From assembly GCA_051747805.1 (NCBI GenBank), contig JBNJGP010000061.1, positions 1-15,864 of the forward strand: a stretch of 15,864 nucleotides of DNA, written 5' to 3'. Shown piece after piece: positions 1 to 8,612 of the stretch. Source of the stretch: Candidatus Muiribacteriota bacterium. GTDB lineage: Bacteria; Muiribacteriota; Muiribacteriia; Muiribacteriales; Muiribacteriaceae. The position numbers were made by a program, and so were the translations under genes. The notes beneath the pieces were generated by a model. The model searched no databases. It worked only from the letters and a program-made list of their open reading frames with translations, and was not told the origin of the DNA. The first letter of the stretch is position 1. Each line of letters starts with the position of its first letter.

Positions 1-1532
1 TTATAAAACTGCTTTATTAACCTGTAATAAATTCCGTCATTTTCTGAAACTGTCTGATATCGGCATGAGCCGTCAACATGAATTGCAGCCGGAATTTTTT
101 CTTTTGTTTTTTCTAATGCGTCCCCTGTAAATAGCATAAATTGATTTTTATAATCTGTATCAAAATAATTATTAAGTTCATTTTCTAAAATACTTATACC
201 ATAGGGTCTGAACCATTCACGATGTTTAACTTTTTCATTTAAATGCTCTTTCATTTCAGGAAAACAGGGGTTTGCAATAATTGTTCTGGAACCAAGTGCT
301 CTGGGACCAAACTCCATTTTACCCTGAACCCATCCTACAATTTTATTTTCTAAAAGATATGATATAACTTTTTGAAGCATTTTTTTTTCATTTTCAAAAT
401 AGGTGTATTTAATATTTTTAGATTCCAGCATGGATTTAACATATTTATCAGAATATTCAGGGCCAAGTTTTGCAGAATTCATTGTAAAAAACCTTTTTTT
501 ATTATGAAAGCAGTTATAAATATAAAAGGCAGCTCCTAAAGCCCCTCCAGCATCACCAGAGGCCGGCTGCACAAATAAATTCTCTATTGGAGTTTGTTTT
601 ATAATTTTTGCATTTGTTACGCAGTTTAAAAAAACGCCTCCCGCAGCACACATGTTTTTTATATTGTATTTTTCTGAAGTATGAGTGGTGATTTTAAGCA
701 GAATTTCTTCTGTGATTTTCTGTAAAGTAGAGGCCATATTAAAATGTCTCTTTTCTAAAAACTCGCTTCCCCGGCAGGAAGGGCCGAACTTCTTAACGAA
801 TTTATTTGTAAACATAATATTACCCGAGTCAAAATCAAAATATTTTGTATCTATTTTAAAAGACCCGTCGTCAAAAATCTTAACAATTTTTTTCATTTCA
901 TCTAAATATTCAGGTTCTCCATAATCTGCAAGAGCCATAACTTTACCCTCGCCCCCGTTTGCCCGGAATCCAGCATAAGTTGTAAGAGCTGAATAAAGAA
1001 GGCCCAGAGAATTTGGATGATGAAGCTCTTTTTCTATTGTTATTTTGTTGCCCTCACCATACCCAGTTGTAATGGAAGCCTGCTCGCCTATGCCGTCGGA
1101 GGTAATAATTATTGCCTTTTTATAAGGAGAAACTAAAAAGGCTGAAGAGGCGTGTGAAAGATGATGTTTTAAATAAAAAACTTTGTTTTTATATCCTAGT
1201 TGTTTTTCAAGTTGTACTGGAAGTATTAATCTTTCGCCTAAAAAACGTGGGGTAGTACGCATAAATGTTTTATATGAAGAGGGCCAGCTTTTAATAAATG
1301 ATTTTAAAGCTCTGTAAAATTTTAAATAGGGTTTTTCATAAAAAACAACATAATCAACTTCATCAATTGAAATATTTGCACTTTCAAGACAATATTTAAC
1401 TGCATTTACAGGAAGTTCCGGTGTATGTTTAATTCTTGTCAATCTTTCTTCCTGCAGAGCATATACTTTTTCATCAGAAATCAAACATGCAGCAGAATCA
1501 TGATAATAACAAGATAAACCTAATATATTCAT
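1..1532 (-). CDS. Carbamoyltransferase, NodU/CmcH/SxtI family (3' end lies outside the window)
   Basis: Not in the ORF track. Manual translation from ATG 1532 (GGAG upstream) gives MNILGLSCYYHDSAACL...LQEERLTRIKH...VVFYEKP...KHHLSHASSAFLVSPY...TSDGIGE. Later motifs include GWVQGKMEFGPRALGSRTI, VKHREWFRPYG and AAIHVDGSCRYQTV, all diagnostic of this family. Confidence 0.95.
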   Translation of the reverse strand, partial: MNILGLSCYYHDSAACLISDEKVYALQEERLTRIKHTPELPVNAVKYCLESANISIDEVDYVVFYEKPYLKFYRALKSFIKSWPSSYKTFMRTTPRFLGERLILPVQLEKQLGYKNKVFYLKHHLSHASSAFLVSPYKKAIIITSDGIGEQASITTGYGEGNKITIEKELHHPNSLGLLYSALTTYAGFRANGGEGKVMALADYGEPEYLDEMKKIVKIFDDGSFKIDTKYFDFDSGNIMFTNKFVKKFGPSCRGSEFLEKRHFNMASTLQKITEEILLKITTHTSEKYNIKNMCAAGGVFLNCVTNAKIIKQTPIENLFVQPASGDAGGALGAAFYIYNCFHNKKRFFTMNSAKLGPEYSDKYVKSMLESKNIKYTYFENEKKMLQKVISYLLENKIVGWVQGKMEFGPRALGSRTIIANPCFPEMKEHLNEKVKHREWFRPYGISILENELNNYFDTDYKNQFMLFTGDALEKTKEKIPAAIHVDGSCRYQTVSENDGIYYRLIKQFY

Positions 1533-1694
1533 TTAAACTCCAGCATAAATTAAAGCCATCAAAGCATTTGGTCCCAGAATAAATACAAGCAGCGCAAGAA
1601 GAGCAAACATAATTAGAATAGGAGCTAAAAAGTAAACTTTATGTTTTTTAATCAGGCTAAGCATTTGATATAAAATATAAAAAAGTTTTTTCAC
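1533..1694 (-). CDS. DUF5989 / SxtK-like small membrane protein (53 aa)
   Basis: Not in the ORF track. GTG 1694 to TAA 1533 encodes MKKLFYILYQMLSLIKKHKVYFLAPILIMFALLALLVFILGPNALMALIYAGV. It has the KK-x-aromatic-LxP, hydrophobic helix and terminal IY pattern, abuts both neighbours exactly (TAA-GTG, TAA-ATG) and has a GAGGGG SD. Confidence 0.8.
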   Translation of the reverse strand: MKKLFYILYQMLSLIKKHKVYFLAPILIMFALLALLVFILGPNALMALIYAGV

Positions 1695-1925
1695 TTATGA
1701 CCCCTCTTCCAGTTCTTTCTGTTTAATGTTGTTGTAGTCTTTTGCGGCGTTAATAAATGCAGTTTTTTTTGAGTCAGGTTTTTTTTCAAATAAATAAATA
1801 AACTTGAAAAAAGGAAAAATTAAAAAATATATGAAAGTTAAAAGAAAATTTAATAAAATTGTCTGAAGTAAGAAAATAACAAAAGACTTTAAGAATTTAT
1901 GAATTTTTAAAAAAAATTTTTTCAT
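1695..1925 (-). CDS. SxtJ-like small membrane protein (76 aa)
   Basis: One hydrophobic segment (ILLNFLLTFIYFLIFPF) and a charged tail. Its position next to DUF5989 and a carbamoyltransferase matches SxtJ-type genes. Confidence 0.65.
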   Translation of the reverse strand: MKKFFLKIHKFLKSFVIFLLQTILLNFLLTFIYFLIFPFFKFIYLFEKKPDSKKTAFINAAKDYNNIKQKELEEGS

Positions 1926-1931
1926 AGTTGA

Positions 1932-1960
1932 ATTTTATATGAATTTTTTTAAAAAAACAA
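1932..1960 (-). promoter_or_regulatory. Putative sigma70 promoter for a leaderless transcript of the SxtJ-like gene
   Basis: TTGTTT (1960-1955), 17 bp, TAAAAT (1937-1932), 6 bp, ATG 1925. No SD is present. Confidence 0.45.
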
Positions 1961-1966
1961 GTTCGC

Positions 1967-4051
1967 CTATTTTAAATATTCCCTGATATAATCAGCCATT
2001 AACCTGTTCCCTTCAGCATTTAAATGCCGGTCCTGCAGAAAAAGACCTTCATATTTTTTATTATCAAAAGAATTGAAATATTTTTTTAGGTTAATAAAAT
2101 TTACTTCAAGCTCATGGGCTGTGTTTTTTAATAAATCAGATGAAAAATATTCGGGATTGAGCCCGAATGGGTAATTTATAATTACTGGGGTAACATTAAA
2201 CTCCCGGCATAAATCCACTATTTTTTTATAATCATTTATAATCCATTCATCAAGAAATTTTTTATCAATATCGTTTTTTTTCCCCATTTCTTTTGAAATC
2301 TGATTTTTTATAATTGTCAGACGAGGATCATCTGAATCTATTTGAATAGCCTTTTTCATATAATAATCAGCCCTATCAATATAATCCGGATTAGAATATG
2401 ATAGTTTTAAATAAATAAAGGCTAGAATATGATTAAGTTGTAGTGATTCTTCTTTTTTTTCTTTTAAGCCTTCAAACCAGGGTTTATAATGGTTAATAAT
2501 ATTAAAATCCTTTTCAACCTGTTTTGAAAAAAGCTGTATTATATAATTAAAAAGATGTTTATCGCCATTTTCATAAAATTTTTTAAAAAGAGCAAGCATT
2601 CTGCTTAAGTCTTTTTCATAAACCATGATTTTTTCGTTAAAATCAATTAAAATATTAATGTTTTTATGTGGAAAACTGTCATGTTTTTCCAGTTCGTTTA
2701 AAATTTTTGTGTATAAATATGAAAAAATTTCTTTATCTTCAAAGGATTTACTTCTTTCAAACTTATAAATTTGATTAATTTCTACTGTTGCCCTTCTTAA
2801 ATCGTATTTCTGTAAAAAAATCTCATAAATAAAAAAAAGTGTAAAATATTTTTGAAGATTATTTTTTTTCAAATTATGATTATTTTTAAAATTATTTTTC
2901 AGGGTTTGAATAATTTTTGTCTGTTTTTTAGAGTTAAATCTTTTAAAATTCTCGTTTAAATAATAAACAATAGAAAAGGGAGTTTCAGCATTTTTTAATA
3001 TATGATTAATGCTAATTTCAAAATATTTTCCAGAAATATGAGGTAATTTAGCTAAAAAACTTTCATAAAAAAAATCTTTATGCATACTTTGTTTAATTAA
3101 AGAGAGAAGAAATTCAAAATTATTATAATCATCTAGCACAAGCATTCTTTTTTTGGCATAATAAATAATTGTCTCTTTTATATTATTAATTTCTTCAGCA
3201 TTATGATATTCACGTAATTTTTTTTCAAAAGTTTTATATAAATGATTATTTTCAGAAGTTAAAAATAAATTTTTAGAATTCATATCAAAATCAACAGCCT
3301 TAAGAAAATAAAGTAAAAAAATCTCTTTTGAAGTTATTTCATCAGGGTTGTGATTTGCATAATAATCAAACAGTAAAAGATTAGTTTCTGGGTGATTGTA
3401 ATCAATTGAATGGGCCTCATAAAGTTTATTAATATAATTATCCATGTTCTTTGCCTTTTTTTCTTCTTTTGCCCTGGATAAAATATTCTGTATTTGATTT
3501 GAATTTTGTGCATAAAAAATTCCGGCAAAATTTCCGGCTGAATAATCTAATTTAAGAATTTGTGCCGCTGATTTTTTGTTGCTGAAAAAATCCATTAAAA
3601 AATTATATAAATCATAAATTTTCAGGTTATTTAAAAATCTAATAATGAAATTCTTCTTTTTCCTTTCATAGCCATCATAATTCCAGGTATTATTTGTGCC
3701 CGCAAGTATTAAAGCAGTATCGGGAGTATTTTTTTTAAAGGCCTCTTTCATAATATTATATACATTAAAAGTGTTAGAGCCAGGTTTACCATAATTATAA
3801 ACAATAAAATTATCTCCAAGTTTTTTTTGAAGCTGTGAGGGATAACTGTTTTCTCTGGCCACCCCCATTCCATAAGTGTATGAATCCCCGAAACAGGAAA
3901 TAATTATTTTATCTTTGGGAGTTTTTTTAGAAACATTTACATCAGGTTGATAATAAGAAGAAGACAAACGAAGACCAGTTTCAAGAATTAAAATAGAAAA
4001 AAGCACTCCTGCAAGTAAAACGACAATTTTTCTTATAATATTTGTTTTCAT
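1967..4051 (-). CDS. Membrane-anchored SGNH/GDSL hydrolase-family protein with a large internal helical (TPR-like) insertion
   Basis: N-terminal TM anchor ending in LETGLR. Block I GDSYT (S57), block II NYGKPG, block III AGTNN (118-121) and block V DRHLNAEGNRLMA (H676), with blocks III and V about 550 aa apart. Confidence 0.85.
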   Translation of the reverse strand: MKTNIIRKIVVLLAGVLFSILILETGLRLSSSYYQPDVNVSKKTPKDKIIISCFGDSYTYGMGVARENSYPSQLQKKLGDNFIVYNYGKPGSNTFNVYNIMKEAFKKNTPDTALILAGTNNTWNYDGYERKKKNFIIRFLNNLKIYDLYNFLMDFFSNKKSAAQILKLDYSAGNFAGIFYAQNSNQIQNILSRAKEEKKAKNMDNYINKLYEAHSIDYNHPETNLLLFDYYANHNPDEITSKEIFLLYFLKAVDFDMNSKNLFLTSENNHLYKTFEKKLREYHNAEEINNIKETIIYYAKKRMLVLDDYNNFEFLLSLIKQSMHKDFFYESFLAKLPHISGKYFEISINHILKNAETPFSIVYYLNENFKRFNSKKQTKIIQTLKNNFKNNHNLKKNNLQKYFTLFFIYEIFLQKYDLRRATVEINQIYKFERSKSFEDKEIFSYLYTKILNELEKHDSFPHKNINILIDFNEKIMVYEKDLSRMLALFKKFYENGDKHLFNYIIQLFSKQVEKDFNIINHYKPWFEGLKEKKEESLQLNHILAFIYLKLSYSNPDYIDRADYYMKKAIQIDSDDPRLTIIKNQISKEMGKKNDIDKKFLDEWIINDYKKIVDLCREFNVTPVIINYPFGLNPEYFSSDLLKNTAHELEVNFINLKKYFNSFDNKKYEGLFLQDRHLNAEGNRLMADYIREYLK

Positions 4052-4057
4052 CAGGTT

Positions 4058-4086
4058 ATTTTAAAACAGAAAAATTATCCCGTCAA
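4058..4086 (-). promoter_or_regulatory. Putative sigma70 promoter for a leaderless SGNH transcript
   Basis: TTGACG (4086-4081), 17 bp, TAAAAT (4063-4058), 6 bp, ATG 4051. No SD is present. Confidence 0.6.
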
Positions 4087-4095
4087 AAAAAAACC

Positions 4096-4124
4096 TTGAA
4101 AAATAACGTTTATACCCTTACAAT
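4096..4124 (+). promoter_or_regulatory. Putative sigma70 promoter of the S8 peptidase
   Basis: TTGAAA (4096-4101), 17 bp, TACAAT (4119-4124). A GGGAGG SD precedes ATG 4167. Confidence 0.5.
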
Positions 4125-4166
4125 TAAAGCAGTAAAATATTAAATATTGATTAGGGAGGATTTAGT

Positions 4167-5552
4167 ATGAAAAAACTTACAATTTTTTTACTAGCTTTTA
4201 TTTTTACTTTCACAGTATTTGCTAATGACGTACCAGTCTTAGTAATTGACTCAGGAACTGATTTTTCACATGACAAACTAGCGCCTCATGCACTTGATGA
4301 CGGTGGCGTTCAAGGATATCCTGGTGATAAATATGGTTGGAATTTTGTTGATAATGACAATGTTCTAGTTAATCTTGACCATACACCACCTAAATATGAT
4401 GATGTTTTAAAATTTTTAGAACTTATGGGTATTTTCCAGCTTGAAGGTAAAGAAGGTTTAACTCAGGAAGAATTTAATTTTTTAGCTCAAAATTATCAGA
4501 ATGAAGAAATAATGCAATGGGTACAGTTTGTAGGTGGCTGGGCTCATGGTACACATTGTGGTGGTATTGCTTCAGAAGGTGTTGATGAGGTTAAACTTAA
4601 AGCTATTAAACATTTACCAACAGGCGATGCACCTAGACATATTGAAGAAATGATAAACGAAATAAACTATCTTATGAAATCACAACAGAGACGTTCAACA
4701 GAAACTGTTTCCATGGATGAAATAGCAGCTTATTTTGACATGCTTGGTCAACAGATGAAAGATGAAGTTTCTGAAATAAGAGATTATATAGGAGCTTTAG
4801 AGCCAAGAGTAATTAACTGTTCATTTGGTTCAGAAAACTCAAATCTGGTTAATATGTTTAAACAGACAATGGTTGAAGAATGGGGATATGTAAATCCTTC
4901 TGATGAAGAAGTTCAAGAAGTTGTAAATCTTTTTGTTGAAAGAGCTTTTCAACCTAGAGATAAAGAAATGTTTTCAAAAGTTCCAAATGCTTTAATTCTT
5001 ATAGCGGCAGGAAACAGCGGAGAGAATATTGAAAATATACTTGTTTCACCAAATAACACACCAATTAAAAATAAGCTTGTAGTTGCTGCTACTCATGATG
5101 ATAAAGCTTTAGCACCATTTTCTGATTATGCAGAAAGCAAAGTTGATGTTGCTGTACCTGGTGTAAATATTCTGGCACCATATCCTAATAATAAAATGGG
5201 ACGTATGTCAGGAACATCTCAGGCAGCTCCACTTGCGGCAAAATATGCGGCTCAGGTTCTTTCAGTTAATCCTGACCTTTCTGCAACTGATGTTAAGGGT
5301 ATTTTAATGGGAACTGTTGATAAAAAATCATGGCTTGAAGGTAAAGTTAGAGCAAATGGTGTTATAAATCCTGACAGAGCTGAATATGCTGCTGAATTAA
5401 CTTTAGACGGTAAAACTCTTGGGCAGGCAATTGCTATTTCTAAAAGAGAAGTTTCTGACAGAAGTCCTGAAACAAGAAGAGCAGTTGGACCACAACTACC
5501 AAGGTTTGAAACAGAACTTGAACAGGAACTTTACTGGTCAACAATTTTTTAA
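4167..5552 (+). CDS. Secreted S8 family serine peptidase (subtilase)
   Basis: Signal peptide MKK...VFA. Catalytic triad motifs VLVIDSG (D28), HGTHCGG (H127) and GTSQAAP (S351), plus oxyanion-hole AAGN (N283). Confidence 0.93.
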   Translation: MKKLTIFLLAFIFTFTVFANDVPVLVIDSGTDFSHDKLAPHALDDGGVQGYPGDKYGWNFVDNDNVLVNLDHTPPKYDDVLKFLELMGIFQLEGKEGLTQEEFNFLAQNYQNEEIMQWVQFVGGWAHGTHCGGIASEGVDEVKLKAIKHLPTGDAPRHIEEMINEINYLMKSQQRRSTETVSMDEIAAYFDMLGQQMKDEVSEIRDYIGALEPRVINCSFGSENSNLVNMFKQTMVEEWGYVNPSDEEVQEVVNLFVERAFQPRDKEMFSKVPNALILIAAGNSGENIENILVSPNNTPIKNKLVVAATHDDKALAPFSDYAESKVDVAVPGVNILAPYPNNKMGRMSGTSQAAPLAAKYAAQVLSVNPDLSATDVKGILMGTVDKKSWLEGKVRANGVINPDRAEYAAELTLDGKTLGQAIAISKREVSDRSPETRRAVGPQLPRFETELEQELYWSTIF

Positions 5553-5577
5553 GAAATACTGGGTTTAATTTAAGTAT

Positions 5578-5615
5578 AAAAAAAAAGCTGTCTGTTTTTT
5601 GCAGGCAGCTTTTTT
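5578..5615. terminator. Bidirectional intrinsic terminator between the convergent S8 and PilZ genes
   Basis: A-run, stem GCTGTCTG (5588-5595) / CAGGCAGC (5602-5609) with one G-U pair, then a T-run. Confidence 0.85.
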
Positions 5616-5626
5616 CTTTTTAAAAT

Positions 5627-5977
5627 TTAAATTTTTTTATCTTCGATTTTTGAAATAATATTTTCTCTTATAATTCTGGCCATATAAGAAGTTGGAATTT
5701 TAAATTCAAGCCCATAGTAATTTTCTTTATTTTTGTTTATTTTAACCCAAACAACTTTTGCATTTAAGTCAAGGACAAGATTTTTTGCGCTGATTTTAAT
5801 ATTAATCATATCATTTTTGTTTAGTTTTGCAGTTGCAATTAGAAAAATTCCGCCCTCGGAAATATTTTTTATATTACCATGATAATCATAAGAGTAGGAG
5901 ATTTTATCGGTTAAAGTTTTAAATTTAACCGGCAAATTTGAAAAATATCTTTTATGTTTTCTGTTTTCAATATCCAT
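5627..5977 (-). CDS. Stand-alone PilZ domain protein (putative c-di-GMP receptor)
   Basis: RKHKR (RxxxR) and NISEGG ([D/N]xSxxG) motifs, followed by AKVVW...YGLEF. Confidence 0.9.
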   Translation of the reverse strand: MDIENRKHKRYFSNLPVKFKTLTDKISYSYDYHGNIKNISEGGIFLIATAKLNKNDMINIKISAKNLVLDLNAKVVWVKINKNKENYYGLEFKIPTSYMARIIRENIISKIEDKKI

Positions 5978-6010
5978 AATTATACCTTTTAATTTATTTT
6001 ACTTAATTTA

Positions 6011-6040
6011 ATTATACGATATTTAGAGATAAATAGTCAA
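6011..6040 (-). promoter_or_regulatory. Putative sigma70 promoter of the PilZ gene
   Basis: TTGACT (6040-6035), 18 bp, TATAAT (6016-6011). Confidence 0.5.
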
Positions 6041-6088
6041 TATTTTATAAAATTATAATGTTTGGCAATGGCCTGAACCAACTAAGTT

Positions 6089-7804
6089 TTAAAATAAATT
6101 TTTATTGTAAAGATTATAATAAAACTTCCTTTTTTTAATAAGTTTTTCATGATTTCCGGATTCAATAATTTCACCCTCGCTCATAACATAGATAATATCG
6201 GCATTTTTTATAGTAGATAATCTATGCGCAATAATAATAGTTGTTCTACCATGACTGAGTTTATCCATAGCCTGAGAAATAAGATGCTCACTTTCTGTGT
6301 CCAGAGAAGAGGTGGCCTCATCAAAAATAAGAATAGAGGGATTTTTTAAAAAAACACGTGCTATTGCAATACGCTGTTTCTGTCCACCTGATAATTTAAC
6401 ACCTCTTTCACCTACCTGTGTATCAAAACCATTGGGCAGCGAAAGTATAAAATCAAGAATGTTCGCCTGTTTTGCAGCATGGATAATATCTTCATCAGAA
6501 GCTTCTGGATTACCATAAAGAATATTTTCTCTAATTGTATCATCAAAAAGAAAAACATTCTGCTGAACAATACCAATATTATTCCTTAAACAATTCTGAG
6601 TAATTTTATTTATATTAAAATTATCAATTAATATTTCACCTTTCTGAGGTTCATAAAAACGGGGAATTAACGAAATTAAAGTAGATTTACCGGCCCCTGA
6701 TTCACCGACCAGGGCAACCTTTTTACCCTCTGGTATATTCATATTAATATTTTTTAAAACAAATTCAGGACTCTGATCATATTTGAAGTCAACTTTATTA
6801 ATTTTAATATTTCCCTTTTTAAAATCAGTTTCCACAGCATCTGAAGCATCATTAATTTCAGGATATATATCCATAACATCTAAAAATCGTTCAAAAGAAG
6901 CCGCTCCCTGCTGAAACTGTTCAAAAAAGTTAACGAATCTTTCAATCGGTCTGAGAATAATATTAATAAAAAGTGTAAAAGCAAGTAAATCTTCAATACT
7001 CAAAGTTCCATAATGAATAAGAAGTGCTCCAGAAGATATTAATAGAAGATAGTAAAAATCCCGAAGCAAATGCATGCCACTGAAAAAAATTGCCATTAAA
7101 GCATACATTTTTTCTTTTGCAATTTTAAAATTAAAATTACTTTTTTCAAATTTATCAACTTCCAGGTCTTCATTAGCATATGATTTAACCTCACGAATAC
7201 CCTGAACAGAGTTTTCAACAGTTGTATTTATCTCCGCAACTTTCTGCCTTACATTACGGAATCCATATCTCATTTTAGAACCGACTTTTAATCCCCATAA
7301 AAGAAGAAATGGAATAGGAATTAAAGCAATAAGGGCAAGATGAAAGTTAAAATTAAACATGAAAATAAAAGAAACAACAATTGTAACAATAGAAATCATC
7401 AAATCCTCTGGGGCATGATGAGCAACTTCGGCAATTTTATTTAAATCATTTGAAATTCTAGCCATAAGATGACCGGTTTTAACATTATCAAAATAAGTAA
7501 ATGAAAGTTTCTGCAGATGATTAAACAAGTCAGTTCTCATATCTGCCTCAACCCTCACACCAAAAACATGACCCCAGTAAAGACGTACATAATTACAGAT
7601 TGCAGTTAATAGATGAGCACCAGCCATAATGGCAATAATAAAGAAAATATTTTGAAGATTCTGTGTTGGAATAATATCAGACATTAGTTTTCTAGTTAAA
7701 AAAGGAAAAACATTGGCGAGCATTCCAGCAAAGATAGCGGCACTCATATCAACAAAAAATAAAAATTTATGTCTTTTAAAATATGAAATAAATCGTTTAA
7801 TCAT
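6089..7804 (-). CDS. ABC exporter, fused permease/ATP-binding protein (MsbA/MdlB-like)
   Basis: N-terminal TM domain, Walker A GESGAGKS, signature LSGGQKQR, Walker B ILIFDEATSSLD, H-loop IAHRLST. ATG 7804 is preferred over TTG 7843 because a promoter occupies the intervening DNA. Confidence 0.93.
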   Translation of the reverse strand: MIKRFISYFKRHKFLFFVDMSAAIFAGMLANVFPFLTRKLMSDIIPTQNLQNIFFIIAIMAGAHLLTAICNYVRLYWGHVFGVRVEADMRTDLFNHLQKLSFTYFDNVKTGHLMARISNDLNKIAEVAHHAPEDLMISIVTIVVSFIFMFNFNFHLALIALIPIPFLLLWGLKVGSKMRYGFRNVRQKVAEINTTVENSVQGIREVKSYANEDLEVDKFEKSNFNFKIAKEKMYALMAIFFSGMHLLRDFYYLLLISSGALLIHYGTLSIEDLLAFTLFINIILRPIERFVNFFEQFQQGAASFERFLDVMDIYPEINDASDAVETDFKKGNIKINKVDFKYDQSPEFVLKNINMNIPEGKKVALVGESGAGKSTLISLIPRFYEPQKGEILIDNFNINKITQNCLRNNIGIVQQNVFLFDDTIRENILYGNPEASDEDIIHAAKQANILDFILSLPNGFDTQVGERGVKLSGGQKQRIAIARVFLKNPSILIFDEATSSLDTESEHLISQAMDKLSHGRTTIIIAHRLSTIKNADIIYVMSEGEIIESGNHEKLIKKRKFYYNLYNKNLF

Positions 7805-7810
7805 GGTGGA

Positions 7811-7839
7811 ATAATAATATAATAAATTTTCTCGGTCAA
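7811..7839 (-). promoter_or_regulatory. Putative sigma70 promoter for a leaderless ABC exporter transcript
   Basis: TTGACC (7839-7834), 17 bp, TATTAT (7816-7811), 6 bp, ATG 7804. Confidence 0.6.
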
Positions 7840-7857
7840 GCAAAATTTACAAAAAGG

Positions 7858-7916
7858 TTGACAAAAAGAATTTAATTGCTTAATATGACTATAGGGTCAT
7901 ATGACTGAACAGTCAT
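7858..7916 (+). promoter_or_regulatory. TetR operon promoter with tandem palindromic operators
   Basis: TTGACA (7858-7863), 17 bp, TAATAT (7881-7886), overlapped by two abutting ATGAC-N6-GTCAT palindromes at 7885-7900 and 7901-7916. Confidence 0.75.
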
Positions 7917-7976
7917 TCGATAAAAGTATTAACATTTTGAATTACTTGTTCGTCATATAATATAGCAGGAGGAATA

Positions 7977-8612
7977 ATGGTTAAAGCAACTTTTCAAAAT
8001 TTGCCTGAAAATAAAAAAAATAAAGTTATTAACGCTGGAATAAAAGAGTTTTCTGCTTATGTTTTTCATAAAGCAAGTATAACTAGAATTTGCAAAAGGT
8101 CACAAATACCCAAGGGGAGTTTCTATCAATATTTTTATAATAAAAAAGATTTATATTTATATATTTTTGATTTAATTGTTGAGACAAAAATGAAGAGTTT
8201 TAATGGAGTTTTAGACGATAAAAATAAATTTGGTTTTTTTGAAAATATTAAAAGAATACAAAAAAAAGGAATTGAATTTGCCTGGGAAAATCCAGACTAT
8301 ATTAAAATTACTCAGAATATGTCAAGTTCTCTTGAGTTAACAAATGAAATTTTAAAAAGATATGGAAAAATTCAGGATGATTTTTTTTCATGTATTATAA
8401 ATGCGGGGATTAAAAATGGAGATTTAAAAAATAATTTAGATGTAAAAATATTAAAATTCATAGTTAATAATTTTATTCAGTCAGTTCAAACTTATGTTTT
8501 ATCTATTATTAAACAAGAAAAAGATATAGATTTAAATAATCTGGATAGAGTCTATGATGATTTTTTTGAAGTTCTTAAAAATGGAATAGGCGTTAAAAAG
8601 GGGGGAAAATGA
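7977..8612 (+). CDS. TetR/AcrR family transcriptional regulator
   Basis: TFQNLPENKKNKVINAGIKEF...ASITRICKRSQIPKGSFYQYFYNKKDLY is a TetR HTH. An AGGAGG SD is present. Confidence 0.93.
   Translation: MVKATFQNLPENKKNKVINAGIKEFSAYVFHKASITRICKRSQIPKGSFYQYFYNKKDLYLYIFDLIVETKMKSFNGVLDDKNKFGFFENIKRIQKKGIEFAWENPDYIKITQNMSSSLELTNEILKRYGKIQDDFFSCIINAGIKNGDLKNNLDVKILKFIVNNFIQSVQTYVLSIIKQEKDIDLNNLDRVYDDFFEVLKNGIGVKKGGK

Noticed and set aside
685..924. 79-aa plus-strand ORF
   Set aside because: Antisense shadow of the carbamoyltransferase.
3334..3528. 64-aa ORF
   Set aside because: Out-of-frame ORF nested in the SGNH gene, with no recognisable motif.
1..4051. Saxitoxin biosynthesis
   Set aside because: No sxtA, sxtG or other core genes are in view, and this four-family cassette is common in non-producers.
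7805..7843. TTG start of the ABC exporter
   Set aside because: This stretch is occupied by a -35/-10 pair pointing at ATG 7804.
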